From contig LCIL01000002.1 of assembly GCA_001001045.1 (NCBI GenBank), positions 9,127 to 73,126 of the forward strand: 64,000 nucleotides of DNA. Direction: 5' to 3'. Below the pieces are notes generated by a model that ran no database searches, was not told the origin of the DNA, and was given only the letters and a program-made list of their open reading frames with translations. This stretch comes from Candidatus Woesebacteria bacterium GW2011_GWA1_44_23 (GTDB lineage Bacteria > Patescibacteriota > Microgenomatia > UBA8517). The translations under genes were made by a program, and so were the position numbers. Below, piece after piece: positions 48,143-57,400 of the stretch (position 1 is the stretch's first letter; every line of letters starts with the position of its first letter).

Positions 48143-48786
48143 TGAAACAAAAAGGTTTTGCGCCGATTATTATTCTTCTTGTAATCACTGTTATAGGTGG
48201 GGTTGGATACTTCGCATACATAAAAGGATATCTAAATTACTTCATCCCTAAATCAAACTTTAATTCGATACCAATCCCCCCTCCTAGTTCAGATTTAACT
48301 GCCAATTGGAAAACATATACAAATACAAAATATGGATACACGATCGAATATCCGAGCAACTATTTTGTTGGTTTCTACGACGTAATTAGTGGCAATTTTA
48401 ACGCAGCCACCGGGGCAGAACATCAACTTGACATGCTTCCACCCACTAAAGATGTGTTCAACAATTTCCTCCAAATTCAAGTGGTTAATCTAAAAGAACT
48501 AAACAAAACATTCATAGAGGTGGTGAACAACAATTATAAAGAAAGCAAAAATCATTTCCAAACTACCAGCATTAGCGATTTGGTTAATTCTAAATTTGCA
48601 GGCTATTCAGATTATGAATATTCATTTACCGGCCAGGCTTTAGAGACGATTGGTTGGGGTGGCGTGGTTACTAAGGGAACATACAAAGTTATTTTTTTCC
48701 AAAAAGACGGAAACATATACTCTATATACCTAAAAGATAGCGATAGCTTTAATAAAATTCTCTCCACATTCAAATTCGCAGACTAG
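48142..48786 (+). CDS. Exported PsbP-like protein with a pilin-like N-terminus
   Basis: MKQKG/FAPIIILLVI signal, WKTYTNTKYGYTIEYP, C-terminal FNKILSTFKF. Confidence 0.7.
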   Translation: MKQKGFAPIIILLVITVIGGVGYFAYIKGYLNYFIPKSNFNSIPIPPPSSDLTANWKTYTNTKYGYTIEYPSNYFVGFYDVISGNFNAATGAEHQLDMLPPTKDVFNNFLQIQVVNLKELNKTFIEVVNNNYKESKNHFQTTSISDLVNSKFAGYSDYEYSFTGQALETIGWGGVVTKGTYKVIFFQKDGNIYSIYLKDSDSFNKILSTFKFAD

Positions 48787-49727
48787 GAGCCTCTTCGGAG
48801 AATAGCTTTTTTCACTGCCTCAATAATATTTTCTTTTTTCAGGCCAAACTTTTTCCAAAGGTCATTATAATTCTTGGCAGATTCTCCAAAAGAATCTTTT
48901 ACCCCAATAAACTCCATTGGAACCGGAAAATTCTTACTCAACATCTCAGAAACCGCACTTCCCATTCCCCCCATTATCTGATGCTCCTCAACTGTTACTA
49001 CCGCTCCAGTTATTTTGGAAAAGTGAATCAATGTTTGTTCATCAATCGGTTTAATCGTATGCAGATTAATAACAACCGCCCCTAGTCCGCCCTCTTCCAA
49101 CTGCTTTGCAGCTTCCAAAGCTTCAACAAGAACCGGTCCGGTCCCGATAAGGGCGACTTGCGGGTTTTTGGCTTCGTATAAAATGCTCGCTTTACCTATT
49201 TCGAATGTATCATCAGATTTAGTGAGAACCAAAGAGTCCTGCCTCGCCAATCGAAGATAGGTCGGTTTTCCGTTTCCTGCTATAGCACGAGTGGCTTTTT
49301 TCGCTTCTATAAAGTCACAAGGAGAAACTACAACCATGTTTGGAATTACACGCATAAGGGCGATGTCTTCCAACGATTCATGCGTAGCTCCGTACATCGA
49401 AGCCCCAAATCCTGCGTGGGCACCGATGATTTTGACGGGAACGTCATTTAAAGCCGCCGTCACCTTTATCTGCTCCCAAGTTCTTCCCGGGGAGAAAACC
49501 GCATAGCTGGTTATAAAAGGTATTTTCCCGGCCGCAGCCATCCCTGCCGCAATCGTTACAAGCCCCTGTTCGGCTACTCCAACCTGGAAAAAACGATCGG
49601 GAAATTTTTCTGCAAAGTCTTTTACTCTTGTGGATTCTGCTAAATCTGCCGTCAAAACAACTATGTCGGGGTTGTTTTCCCCCAGTTCAAGCAGCGACTC
49701 CCCAAACCCGTCCCTCATGGATTTCAT
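48783..49727 (-). CDS. Transketolase, C-terminal subunit
   Basis: RFFQVGVAEQ, GATHESLED, YLRL, VEEH. Confidence 0.9.
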   Translation of the reverse strand: MKSMRDGFGESLLELGENNPDIVVLTADLAESTRVKDFAEKFPDRFFQVGVAEQGLVTIAAGMAAAGKIPFITSYAVFSPGRTWEQIKVTAALNDVPVKIIGAHAGFGASMYGATHESLEDIALMRVIPNMVVVSPCDFIEAKKATRAIAGNGKPTYLRLARQDSLVLTKSDDTFEIGKASILYEAKNPQVALIGTGPVLVEALEAAKQLEEGGLGAVVINLHTIKPIDEQTLIHFSKITGAVVTVEEHQIMGGMGSAVSEMLSKNFPVPMEFIGVKDSFGESAKNYNDLWKKFGLKKENIIEAVKKAILRRGS

Positions 49728-49729
49728 AA

Positions 49730-50509
49730 TTATTTGAGCTCCTCCATTGCTTTTGTGTACTCTTCTTCGGTTGGTGTTCTGGCGTGCCAATCGGGATTAT
49801 CCTCCATAAAGCTCACGTCTTTACCGAAAGTTGTGTTTGCAATAATTACATTGGGTTTGGCACGACTCTTTTTTACGGCCTCAACCGCCATGAAAATTTC
49901 ATCGAAACTGTGTCCGTTGATTTCCGCTACGTCCCAATCAAACGCTTTGTACTTTTCGGATAAACTCCCTATGGGCATGATTTCCTCCGTGGTTCCTTCT
50001 ATCTGGATTCTGTTTCTATCGACAATCTGAATCAAATTATTAATCTTATATTTTGCGGCAAACATTACCGCTTCCCAGTGATTTCCTTCATTATGCTCCG
50101 CGTCACTTGTTTCGCAGTAAACGTAGGAATCCTTGGCAAAAACTGCATAACCCGCAGCCTGTGCCAGTCCAAGTCCAAGAGGCCCGGAAGTATTTTCAAT
50201 CCCCTTTAATTTTGTACGTTCGGGATGTCCTTGAAGCGGTGATCCCATTTCCGTGTATGTTGAGAGTTTTTCTTTGGGAATCATTCCTTTTTGCGCCATT
50301 ACGGCATAAAGCGCGGGGCAAACGTGGCCGTTTGAAAGGAAAAAACGATCTTGTTCCTCCAAAATGCCAAAATAAAGCGCAACCATTATTTCAACAGAGC
50401 TAAGAGACCCGCCGGGGTGCCCACTCCCCGCTTTATAAATCATCTGAATGATGTCTTTACGAACCTCTTTAGAAATTTTCTGGAGCTCACTTGGTGAAAG
50501 CCTTGTCAT
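49730..50509 (-). CDS. Transketolase, N-terminal subunit
   Basis: SGHPGGSLS, DRFFLSNGH, LQGHP, SGPLGLG, SDAE..EG..WE, WH. Confidence 0.9.
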   Translation of the reverse strand: MTRLSPSELQKISKEVRKDIIQMIYKAGSGHPGGSLSSVEIMVALYFGILEEQDRFFLSNGHVCPALYAVMAQKGMIPKEKLSTYTEMGSPLQGHPERTKLKGIENTSGPLGLGLAQAAGYAVFAKDSYVYCETSDAEHNEGNHWEAVMFAAKYKINNLIQIVDRNRIQIEGTTEEIMPIGSLSEKYKAFDWDVAEINGHSFDEIFMAVEAVKKSRAKPNVIIANTTFGKDVSFMEDNPDWHARTPTEEEYTKAMEELK

Positions 50510-51131
50510 ATTCGTCTGCCTCCCCGTCTTTGCTGTGATCGCGTGCCGTGATTTTTGATTCAAATTTTTGGATAATCTGTAAAACGTCTTCCCTGCTTCT
50601 ACAGATCTCAAAAACGCCGTATTCCTTGGAATCAATATTCATGTTGCGTCTGAGAACGTCAATAATTTCTGCCCAAAAATCCCCATAAAGGATAAAAGGC
50701 TTGTGGTGACCGTAGTAAAGTTTGGCGAGAGCCCATGCGGCACCGAATTCGCTAATTGTACCGCTTCCTCCTTTGAAAATTATAAAAATGTCTCCATGCT
50801 CCATCAATTTGAACATCCTTTCAATATAGTTTGTTGTAACAATCTCGGTGTCGGTGACGTTTCCAACATATTTGCCTTCATACCCGGGAGCATTCACCGG
50901 ATCGAAAGTTACGCTAATCGTTTTCCCGCCACCCTTGACCGCTCCGCTTGTCGCGGCCTCCATCACACCCGGGCCTCCCCCGTCCACTATAACGTACCCT
51001 GCTTTTGCCAAGGCTTCGGCAACATCAAAGGCGGCTTTATATGTTTCGTCCGTTTCCGAAATGTCAGCATCGCCAAAAAAAGCGATATTTCTTATATAGT
51101 TTTTATCGGCGTATTTACCTTTTTCGTCCAT
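50487..51131 (-). CDS. LOG-family nucleotide phosphoribohydrolase-like protein
   Basis: GGGPGVMEA, ER, GGSGTISE. Confidence 0.8.
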   Translation of the reverse strand: MDEKGKYADKNYIRNIAFFGDADISETDETYKAAFDVAEALAKAGYVIVDGGGPGVMEAATSGAVKGGGKTISVTFDPVNAPGYEGKYVGNVTDTEIVTTNYIERMFKLMEHGDIFIIFKGGSGTISEFGAAWALAKLYYGHHKPFILYGDFWAEIIDVLRRNMNIDSKEYGVFEICRSREDVLQIIQKFESKITARDHSKDGEADEYDKAFTK

Positions 51132-51142
51132 GAATTCAGCAA

Positions 51143-52249
51143 TTAAGCTTTAAAAGACATTGTCAGGGGATCTGTGGGGACACTATTTCCACCCAACGTC
51201 CGTCCAACCCGTATTACTTGCTCAATTAACCTATTCGCGTATCCCCACTCATTGTCATACCAGGCAAATATCTTGACCATATTCCCCGCAACAACTTGCG
51301 TTAACTGTAAATCAACTATAGAAGATTCGCTTCTTCCAATGATGTCGCTTGACACTAAATCCTCCCCAGATACTGCCAATATGCCCTTAAACAAGGGGTT
51401 TTCGGTAGCATCGATAAGTGCCTGATTTATCTCTTCTTTTGTCACCTGCTTATTCAGGACAAAGGTAAAATCCGTGATAGAGCCGGTTGCTACAGGGACT
51501 CTTAAAGCCATCCCATCAAATACTCCCTTAAGTTCCGGGATGGTTTCTGTTGTTGCTATCGCCGCCCCGGTTGAAGTTGGAACTATGTTCATAGCCGCTG
51601 CCCTTGCCCTTCTTAGGTCCTTATGCGAACCGTCCTGCAAATTTTGATCATCGGTATAAGAATGGATTGTTGTCATCATTGCCTTTTCAATCCCAAACTT
51701 GGAGTGGATCACGGCGGCAACAGGGGCTATGCAATTTGTAGTACAGGAGGCGTTTGATATTACTTCGGGGCTATCCTTAATCTCGTTCACTCCTATGACA
51801 TAAGTTCCAACATTTCCACCCTTGCTCGGAGCTGAAATTATAACCCGCCTGGCTCCACCCACAGCATGTTTCTTTGCCCCTTCCTCATCCGTAAAATGCC
51901 CGGTAGCCTCTATTACAACATCGACTCCATATTTCCCCCAAGGGATTTTGGCGGGATCTTTTTGCGCCAAAACCGGAACCTTGATGTTTCTCTCAGATAT
52001 TATTAAGTTCCCAATTAAAGCGTCCTCGTCGGTCACCTGATCGGGGGTTTTTGATTCTTCACTTTTAACTTTCAGCTCAAACTGCCGGTACATCGTATCG
52101 TAATTCGTTAACTGCGCCCAGCCGGCTACATTCATGCTTCCTGAAGTATTGATTGCGCCAAATTGAAGCTCGTCGGAGTGTTTTAAAACTCCTATTCTAA
52201 AAGCAATTCTTCCGATTCTTCCGAATCCGTTTATCCCTACTTTAACCAT
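51143..52249 (-). CDS. gap: Glyceraldehyde-3-phosphate dehydrogenase type I
   Basis: GINGFGRIGR, SNASCTTNC, WYDNEWGY. Confidence 0.96.
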   Translation of the reverse strand: MVKVGINGFGRIGRIAFRIGVLKHSDELQFGAINTSGSMNVAGWAQLTNYDTMYRQFELKVKSEESKTPDQVTDEDALIGNLIISERNIKVPVLAQKDPAKIPWGKYGVDVVIEATGHFTDEEGAKKHAVGGARRVIISAPSKGGNVGTYVIGVNEIKDSPEVISNASCTTNCIAPVAAVIHSKFGIEKAMMTTIHSYTDDQNLQDGSHKDLRRARAAAMNIVPTSTGAAIATTETIPELKGVFDGMALRVPVATGSITDFTFVLNKQVTKEEINQALIDATENPLFKGILAVSGEDLVSSDIIGRSESSIVDLQLTQVVAGNMVKIFAWYDNEWGYANRLIEQVIRVGRTLGGNSVPTDPLTMSFKA

Positions 52250-52263
52250 GGCAGTCTGATTCC

Positions 52264-52271
52264 ATTATAAT
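52264..52271. promoter_or_regulatory. Palindromic bidirectional -10 element ATTATAAT between gap and the GT2 gene
   Basis: ATTATAAT inside a 30-bp divergent gap. Confidence 0.6.
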
Positions 52272-52279
52272 ATATCCAT

Positions 52280-52963
52280 ATGAAGGTTTCTGTGGTAGTT
52301 CCCGCCTTTAACGAGGAAAAATATATCGGAAAGTGCCTTACAAGCATATTTAGACAGGAAGTTCCGGCAGATGAAGTTATTGTAGTAAACAATAACTCTT
52401 CCGATGAAACCGAGTCCATTGCCAGAAGTTTCGGTGCCAGAGTGATCCGGGAAAAGGTTCAAGGAATGACTCCTGCCAGGAATAGAGGTTTTAACTCAGC
52501 CAAATATGAAATAATAGCCAGGTGCGATTCGGATACGGTCGTACCCGAAAACTGGATTAAAATAATTAAAAATGATTTCAGAAAAGGAAATATCGATGCG
52601 CTTACCGGTCCAATTTTTTTTAACGATTCAGAAATACTCAAATCCACCAAGACTATTCCTGCGGATCTTGCCTATAAATCATTCAGATTGATCGCTAGGG
52701 GCAGAAAATATTTAATCGGACCAAATATGATTATTACCAAAAAGATCTGGGATCAAGTAAAGAATCTCGTGGAAATGGATGACAAAAAAGTTCATGAAGA
52801 CATAGACTTATCTCTAAAAATAGCTAAAGTCGGCGGTAGGATAAAATACGACCAATCCCTGATAGTTGGAATGTCCGCAAGACGAATTAAAAAACACCCC
52901 CAATCGTTTTTCTTGGAATACCCCGTCAGAATCGTAAAAACCTTTATGGCAAATAAAAAGTAA
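52280..52963 (+). CDS. Glycosyltransferase family 2
   Basis: VVVPAFNEE, NNSSD, ARNRG, DSD, ED. Confidence 0.9.
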   Translation: MKVSVVVPAFNEEKYIGKCLTSIFRQEVPADEVIVVNNNSSDETESIARSFGARVIREKVQGMTPARNRGFNSAKYEIIARCDSDTVVPENWIKIIKNDFRKGNIDALTGPIFFNDSEILKSTKTIPADLAYKSFRLIARGRKYLIGPNMIITKKIWDQVKNLVEMDDKKVHEDIDLSLKIAKVGGRIKYDQSLIVGMSARRIKKHPQSFFLEYPVRIVKTFMANKK

Positions 52964-52964
52964 G

Positions 52965-53162
52965 TTATTTCTTCTTTTTATTGGTAAGCATGGCATACGC
53001 GCCCCAGGCTCCCGCAAATCCGATTAAAGCGTAAACAATCGTCACAACTACCGGCAAACTGCCAAATAATAAAGTGACCAAATTAATATTCAGAAGCCCT
53101 ACCAAACCCCAGTTAATGGCTCCTATAACTACCAACCATTTAGAAACTGTCTTTAATTGCAT
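52965..53162 (-). CDS. DUF378 membrane protein
   Basis: LVVIGAINWGLVG...VY.LIG. Confidence 0.85.
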   Translation of the reverse strand: MQLKTVSKWLVVIGAINWGLVGLLNINLVTLLFGSLPVVVTIVYALIGFAGAWGAYAMLTNKKKK

Positions 53163-53221
53163 GATTCTCACCCCCCTTCACTGTCGATATACAAGTCTTT
53201 TTAACATTAGCATATTTGTGG

Positions 53222-54184
53222 TTATTGTTTTAAGGCTTCAATTCCTGGAAGCGTCTTCTTGACCAAAAACTCAAGCATCGCTCCACCGCCAACCGAAATC
53301 CAGTCAAACCCCTCAGTCACCCGCAGGACTTGCAGCGCCTTCTCCGTATCTCCTCCACCGGCAACCTTAAATGCGAGAAGGTCTTTGATGGCTTTAAACA
53401 CCCTTTCTGTCCCCTGCCGGTGGCCCTCGTCCTCATATTTTCCAAGAGTGCCTGAAACAACAATTGTATTTGCCTTTTCTATTTCCTTTTCGAATTTCTC
53501 AATGGTGTTTAAAGTAATATCTTCCTTATCCATTGTGAGATTCCCGACAATTACCTGTTCGTTCTCCCCTCTTGACCGGACACTGACAAGCTTCTCATCT
53601 CCCATATAGTCAGGCAAACGTCCTCCGATTAATACTTTATCTGCAAATTTTTTGATTCCATCCAAATAAGCCAATTTGTCTTGCTTAACCCCGCTCAGAA
53701 GAAATACCACCGGATGTTTTGCATTCTCAATTACCCGGCCTAAATTCTCCACCTCCTTTTGAAATCTGAATCCGGCGGCATGAGGGAGAAGCTTCGGAAT
53801 TCCAACAATCGAGGCGTGTTCGCGATGGGAATTTCCAAAAGACTCGTTTATATAAACGTCCCCCCAAGATGCCATTTCCCTGGCAAAGGACTCATCGTTT
53901 GCCTCCTCACGGGGGTCAAATCTTAAGTTTTCCTTAACGTCCGCCCCCCACCTGTTGTAAATCGGCTGGAAAGGCTTGAGGCTCAAACTTTCATCAACTT
54001 TTCCTCCTGGCCTACCCTTATGGGCGATTATGATTATTTGTGCTCCCTCGCCCTTTAAATAATCCAATGTTTCTTCAGAAGACTTTATCCTTAAATCATC
54101 CGGGTAAGGGTCAGTATCAAGGTCAAGTCTCAGAAGCACTCTTTTTCCAGCAACATCTAAATCGGTAAGTTTGGGCAGATCCAT
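53222..54184 (-). CDS. pgk: Phosphoglycerate kinase (compact form)
   Basis: GKRVLLRLDLD, HKGRP, ENLRF, F...HR.HAS, GGGDT, SVGGGAMLE. Confidence 0.9.
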   Translation of the reverse strand: MDLPKLTDLDVAGKRVLLRLDLDTDPYPDDLRIKSSEETLDYLKGEGAQIIIIAHKGRPGGKVDESLSLKPFQPIYNRWGADVKENLRFDPREEANDESFAREMASWGDVYINESFGNSHREHASIVGIPKLLPHAAGFRFQKEVENLGRVIENAKHPVVFLLSGVKQDKLAYLDGIKKFADKVLIGGRLPDYMGDEKLVSVRSRGENEQVIVGNLTMDKEDITLNTIEKFEKEIEKANTIVVSGTLGKYEDEGHRQGTERVFKAIKDLLAFKVAGGGDTEKALQVLRVTEGFDWISVGGGAMLEFLVKKTLPGIEALKQ

Positions 54185-54186
54185 AT

Positions 54187-54636
54187 TCAATTATTTACCT
54201 CAATTTCTCTGATTTCCTGAAGCCGTCTCTCATACCGCGCCTTGCCCGCAAATTTCGTTTCCAGGAATGCTATCAGCATCGCTTTTGCGTCTCTCTCGTC
54301 GGTAAAATCGGCCGCAATAACCAGAATATTCATATCATCATCATTTCTTCCCGCCTCAATCTGAAAAACATCCTTTCCGATTGAGGACCTGATACCATCG
54401 AATTTGTTGGCAACTACATCTGCCCCTACTCCGCTGCCGCAAAGAAGAACTCCGCGTGATCCCTCATTGCCGGCAACCAGAGACGCCACTTCCTCGGCAT
54501 ATTTTGTGTAATCGTCATCAGGCTCAAGTCTGTGTGCTCCCACATCCTGATATGGATATTCCATATCAAAAAGCCAATGGGCAATTTTTTCTTTTAATTC
54601 GTAACCCCTATGGTCTGCCCCAATGAATATTTTCAT
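54187..54636 (-). CDS. rpiB: Ribose-5-phosphate isomerase B
   Basis: GADHRG, CGSGVG, ANKFDGIR. Confidence 0.9.
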   Translation of the reverse strand: MKIFIGADHRGYELKEKIAHWLFDMEYPYQDVGAHRLEPDDDYTKYAEEVASLVAGNEGSRGVLLCGSGVGADVVANKFDGIRSSIGKDVFQIEAGRNDDDMNILVIAADFTDERDAKAMLIAFLETKFAGKARYERRLQEIREIEVNN

Positions 54637-54655
54637 AATTCTTTCTAAGCTTTGC

Positions 54656-55315
54656 TTATTTAAATCCCTCCGTAAGTTCCATCAATTCTTTCTTGGGATC
54701 AGCCGACTTAACGACGTCCGTTGCAACGGCTACCCCAACCGCCCCAAGCTCCAAGCTTTTCTTGACATCGGAAAGATTATGAATTCCTGCTCCAACTATA
54801 AGCGGCAAACCGGCGCTTCGTGCTATTTCTTCCGCCTGCGAAATAACCTCGGGCTGCGCCTCCGCAACAGAAGTGGTTGTCGAACCCACAAGCTCAGGAG
54901 GCTCATAGGCAACATATGTGGGAGCAAGCCCCGATATCTTCTTAAGCTCATCCAAGTTCCCTGCAAAAATCAAGGTTTTGAGGTTTAACGACATAGCTTT
55001 TTCGTTGGCCGTTTTTAGGGCATCAAAATTGTCAAATTTGTGTTCGGAGTGGTTTAAAAATACTCCCGACACCCCGACTCTTGCAGCCTCTTCCGGAAGA
55101 GTCCAGCCTGTATGTGCACCATAACTGACCGGGTCAATGTGTTGAATCCAAACCTCAAGTGTTGTCGAAGATATTATATTTTCCGCGTCAATTGTCTGGA
55201 CGACAGGAATAATTTTAACTTGACTCTCATGTGCAGCCTCCTCCAGGACTTTGGTCAAAAGGATGGCCTTCTGACCCGAACTTTCCTCAAAAGTCTTGTA
55301 ATTAACAAATATCAT
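54656..55315 (-). CDS. tpiA: Triosephosphate isomerase, short archaeal type
   Basis: NYK, QHID...GAHTG, NHSE, AYEPPELVG, GAGI; 219 aa. Confidence 0.92.
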   Translation of the reverse strand: MIFVNYKTFEESSGQKAILLTKVLEEAAHESQVKIIPVVQTIDAENIISSTTLEVWIQHIDPVSYGAHTGWTLPEEAARVGVSGVFLNHSEHKFDNFDALKTANEKAMSLNLKTLIFAGNLDELKKISGLAPTYVAYEPPELVGSTTTSVAEAQPEVISQAEEIARSAGLPLIVGAGIHNLSDVKKSLELGAVGVAVATDVVKSADPKKELMELTEGFK

Positions 55316-55575
55316 ATTATTCCCTGTTGAATGCCAAGTATGGCATTCAACTTTCCTTTATCAAATCCCACAACTGTCTCTTTTGTCCCGTCATCCTTCA
55401 CAACCGAGACAAAAGGTACTCCAAGAAAACCTCCTGATGAGGCCGCCATTTCCGTCTTTGCCGTTTCATCCAAATCCACAAGCTTCTCCGTAAATGAAAG
55501 GCTTTTTTCTTTTAAATAGTCCTTCAGCATTTTGCAGTAAGGACACGTTGTTGTTGAATAAACAGTTATTTGCAC
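55312..55575 (-). CDS. Glutaredoxin-like protein (NrdH/YruB type)
   Basis: CPYC, GVP, VGFD. Confidence 0.88.
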   Translation of the reverse strand: MQITVYSTTTCPYCKMLKDYLKEKSLSFTEKLVDLDETAKTEMAASSGGFLGVPFVSVVKDDGTKETVVGFDKGKLNAILGIQQGII

Positions 55576-55630
55576 ATTCTCACCTCCCGCCTACCCGTAT
55601 ATCTATATTACGCAGAAAAATGGCCCAAGT

Positions 55631-56068
55631 CTAGAAAGAGCCTTCAAGAATGTGTTTGGTGCCCACCGCGACGATTACCTTATCGTAACCGGGGTAGGCT
55701 GAAGAATTGTAACTCAGGATCCATCCGCCTTTTGCCAATTTGAAAGTTCCGAGCAAAACGGTTTTCCCATTGTTTTCGAGCCAGGCCTGATAGGCCTCTC
55801 CGTTGGGTAAAGACGGAAGGTCTGCCAAAATTTCACTTCTTGTGGCAAGTCCCATCCCGCTCCCTCCGGAAACGTCCTTAAGCTCAATGGCCTCCCGATC
55901 TTCAGGAATCATCAAACCATTAAACTTATTCCTTATTTGTTGCTGAATACTTGGGGTGGGGGTGGGAGTTGGTTTCTGGGAGACCTTCGTACGGTTTTTG
56001 ATCAGAAGAACTACGGCAACAACGGCTACTACAACGATAAAAGCGGCGAAGATGTTCTTTGCTCTCAT
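55631..56068 (-). CDS. Membrane-anchored exported hypothetical protein
   Basis: N-terminal TM, PT linker, ADLP...YQAWL, HILEGSF. Confidence 0.7.
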   Translation of the reverse strand: MRAKNIFAAFIVVVAVVAVVLLIKNRTKVSQKPTPTPTPSIQQQIRNKFNGLMIPEDREAIELKDVSGGSGMGLATRSEILADLPSLPNGEAYQAWLENNGKTVLLGTFKLAKGGWILSYNSSAYPGYDKVIVAVGTKHILEGSF

Positions 56069-56158
56069 TCTGAGCGAAAAATACCACCTGGTAAGGATAA
56101 TGTCAAGTTTTTGGCCAATCTCAATTAACGCAAATTAACCGCACAATTCCCGCCAGGA

Positions 56159-56347
56159 TCAGACCAGCTTCAAATAAATTCCAAAAAGGGTCAGCACCGC
56201 TGCTATTAAAAGCCATTGGGTTGAGGCCAACCAGATATCGCGGCCCATCCAGCCTGCGACTGAAAGCAAAACAGCAATAACTGCTCCGTAAATTAGATAT
56301 TTCGAAATACTGGCCTTGCTTTTTTTATCTATTTTCAATTTACTCAC
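56159..56347 (-). CDS. Small two-TM membrane protein
   Basis: 62 aa; AGGGGG SD-like sequence before the GTG start. Confidence 0.6.
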   Translation of the reverse strand: MSKLKIDKKSKASISKYLIYGAVIAVLLSVAGWMGRDIWLASTQWLLIAAVLTLFGIYLKLV

Positions 56348-56398
56348 CCCCCTATTTATATTACCACTTGACCGAATACATGTTTAAAAGTAAATTAG

Positions 56399-56483
56399 TT
56401 CCTGTTGGTGAATTACGGCGAAAATCCGTAGAAGTGCCGCTACTGTTATATCCAGAGCCCAACTTTTCAGTCCCGAGCAGGAA
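56399..56483 (+). promoter_or_regulatory. Cobalamin riboswitch, minimal class II-like
   Basis: GUUGG/CCAAC closing helix, T-loop hairpin ACGG-CGAAAAU-CCGU, CCGCUACUG...CCAG B12-box-like core; UUCCUG/CAGGAA could sequester the SD; TTGACC-17 bp-TAAATT promoter upstream. Confidence 0.72.
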
Positions 56484-56484
56484 A

Positions 56485-56889
56485 ATGAAAAAATATCTAA
56501 AAATAATTCTTCCCACAGTAGTCATCCTCAGCTTTGGATTAATTTTTTGGCAAGCCAAGACAAGCGGCCCGGTTTCCAAAAACCAAGAAGGGGAAACTGC
56601 CAAAAAGGTATCAGCCGTCTTAATAATAAATGGTTCCAGTCCACAATCTTACGAAATATCTGAGTTTGTGGGCAAGACCGCCCTTGAGGCAACCCAGTCC
56701 GTAGCCAAAGTGGCCACAAACGGAACCGGAGAAAATGCCTATGTAACATCAATAAACGGATATACGGCGGATGCCAAGAAGCGCGAGTTTTGGGAACTTG
56801 ATGTCAACGGATCCCAATCCCAAGTGGGGGCAGGAAGTTATATAATCCAAAATAATGATGAAGTTCAATGGAAAATCAGTAATTACTAA
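56485..56889 (+). CDS. DUF4430 (transcobalamin beta-domain-like) membrane-anchored protein
   Basis: TM helix then TALEA...YVTSING...FWELDVNG..SQVGA..Y.I..ND.V.W. Confidence 0.8.
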   Translation: MKKYLKIILPTVVILSFGLIFWQAKTSGPVSKNQEGETAKKVSAVLIINGSSPQSYEISEFVGKTALEATQSVAKVATNGTGENAYVTSINGYTADAKKREFWELDVNGSQSQVGAGSYIIQNNDEVQWKISNY

Positions 56890-57400
56890 GCTAGCCCAAC
56901 CGGGGATTTTAATCGCAATCGGGGCTTTCTCGCGGCTAATCCCCCACCCGGCAAATTTTGCCCCTATCACCGCCATGGCTCTTTTTGGGGGTGTTTATCT
57001 GACTAAAAAGCAGGCCCTGACCCTACCTATCGCCGCCATGATTCTATCCGATTTTTTTCTGGGGTTCGACTCCGTTCCGATGAGGCTAAGCGTATACGGG
57101 AGCTTCATCTTGGCAGTCTTGGTCGGATTCTGGGTCAAAAATCACAAAAACCCAAAACATATTATCTTTGCCTCCATCCTTTCCTCAATACTTTTCTTCA
57201 TAATAACCAATTTCGCAGTCTGGGCATTCGGCAGTATGTATCCAAAAAGTGTAACGGGTCTTATGCAGTCTTACTTTTTTGCAATCCCGTTCTTCCGGAA
57301 TTCCGTATTGGGCGATCTTTTTTATAGCGGAGTATTTTTTGGAATCTACAACCTTCTTCTCAATAGCTCTCCCCGCGTGGCTTTGGCACAAAAACCCTGA
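56855..57400 (+). CDS. DUF6580 / ECF S-component-like membrane transporter
   Basis: SRLIPHPANFAPI.AMALFGG, SD..LG, LFFIITNFAVW, IPFFRN...GD; about 6 TM. Confidence 0.75.
   Translation: MMKFNGKSVITKLAQPGILIAIGAFSRLIPHPANFAPITAMALFGGVYLTKKQALTLPIAAMILSDFFLGFDSVPMRLSVYGSFILAVLVGFWVKNHKNPKHIIFASILSSILFFIITNFAVWAFGSMYPKSVTGLMQSYFFAIPFFRNSVLGDLFYSGVFFGIYNLLLNSSPRVALAQKP

Noticed and set aside
56368-56484. 39-aa N-terminal extension of the DUF4430 ORF in the ORF track
   Set aside because: The region is promoter plus riboswitch; ATG 56485 has an SD and is followed directly by the signal/TM segment
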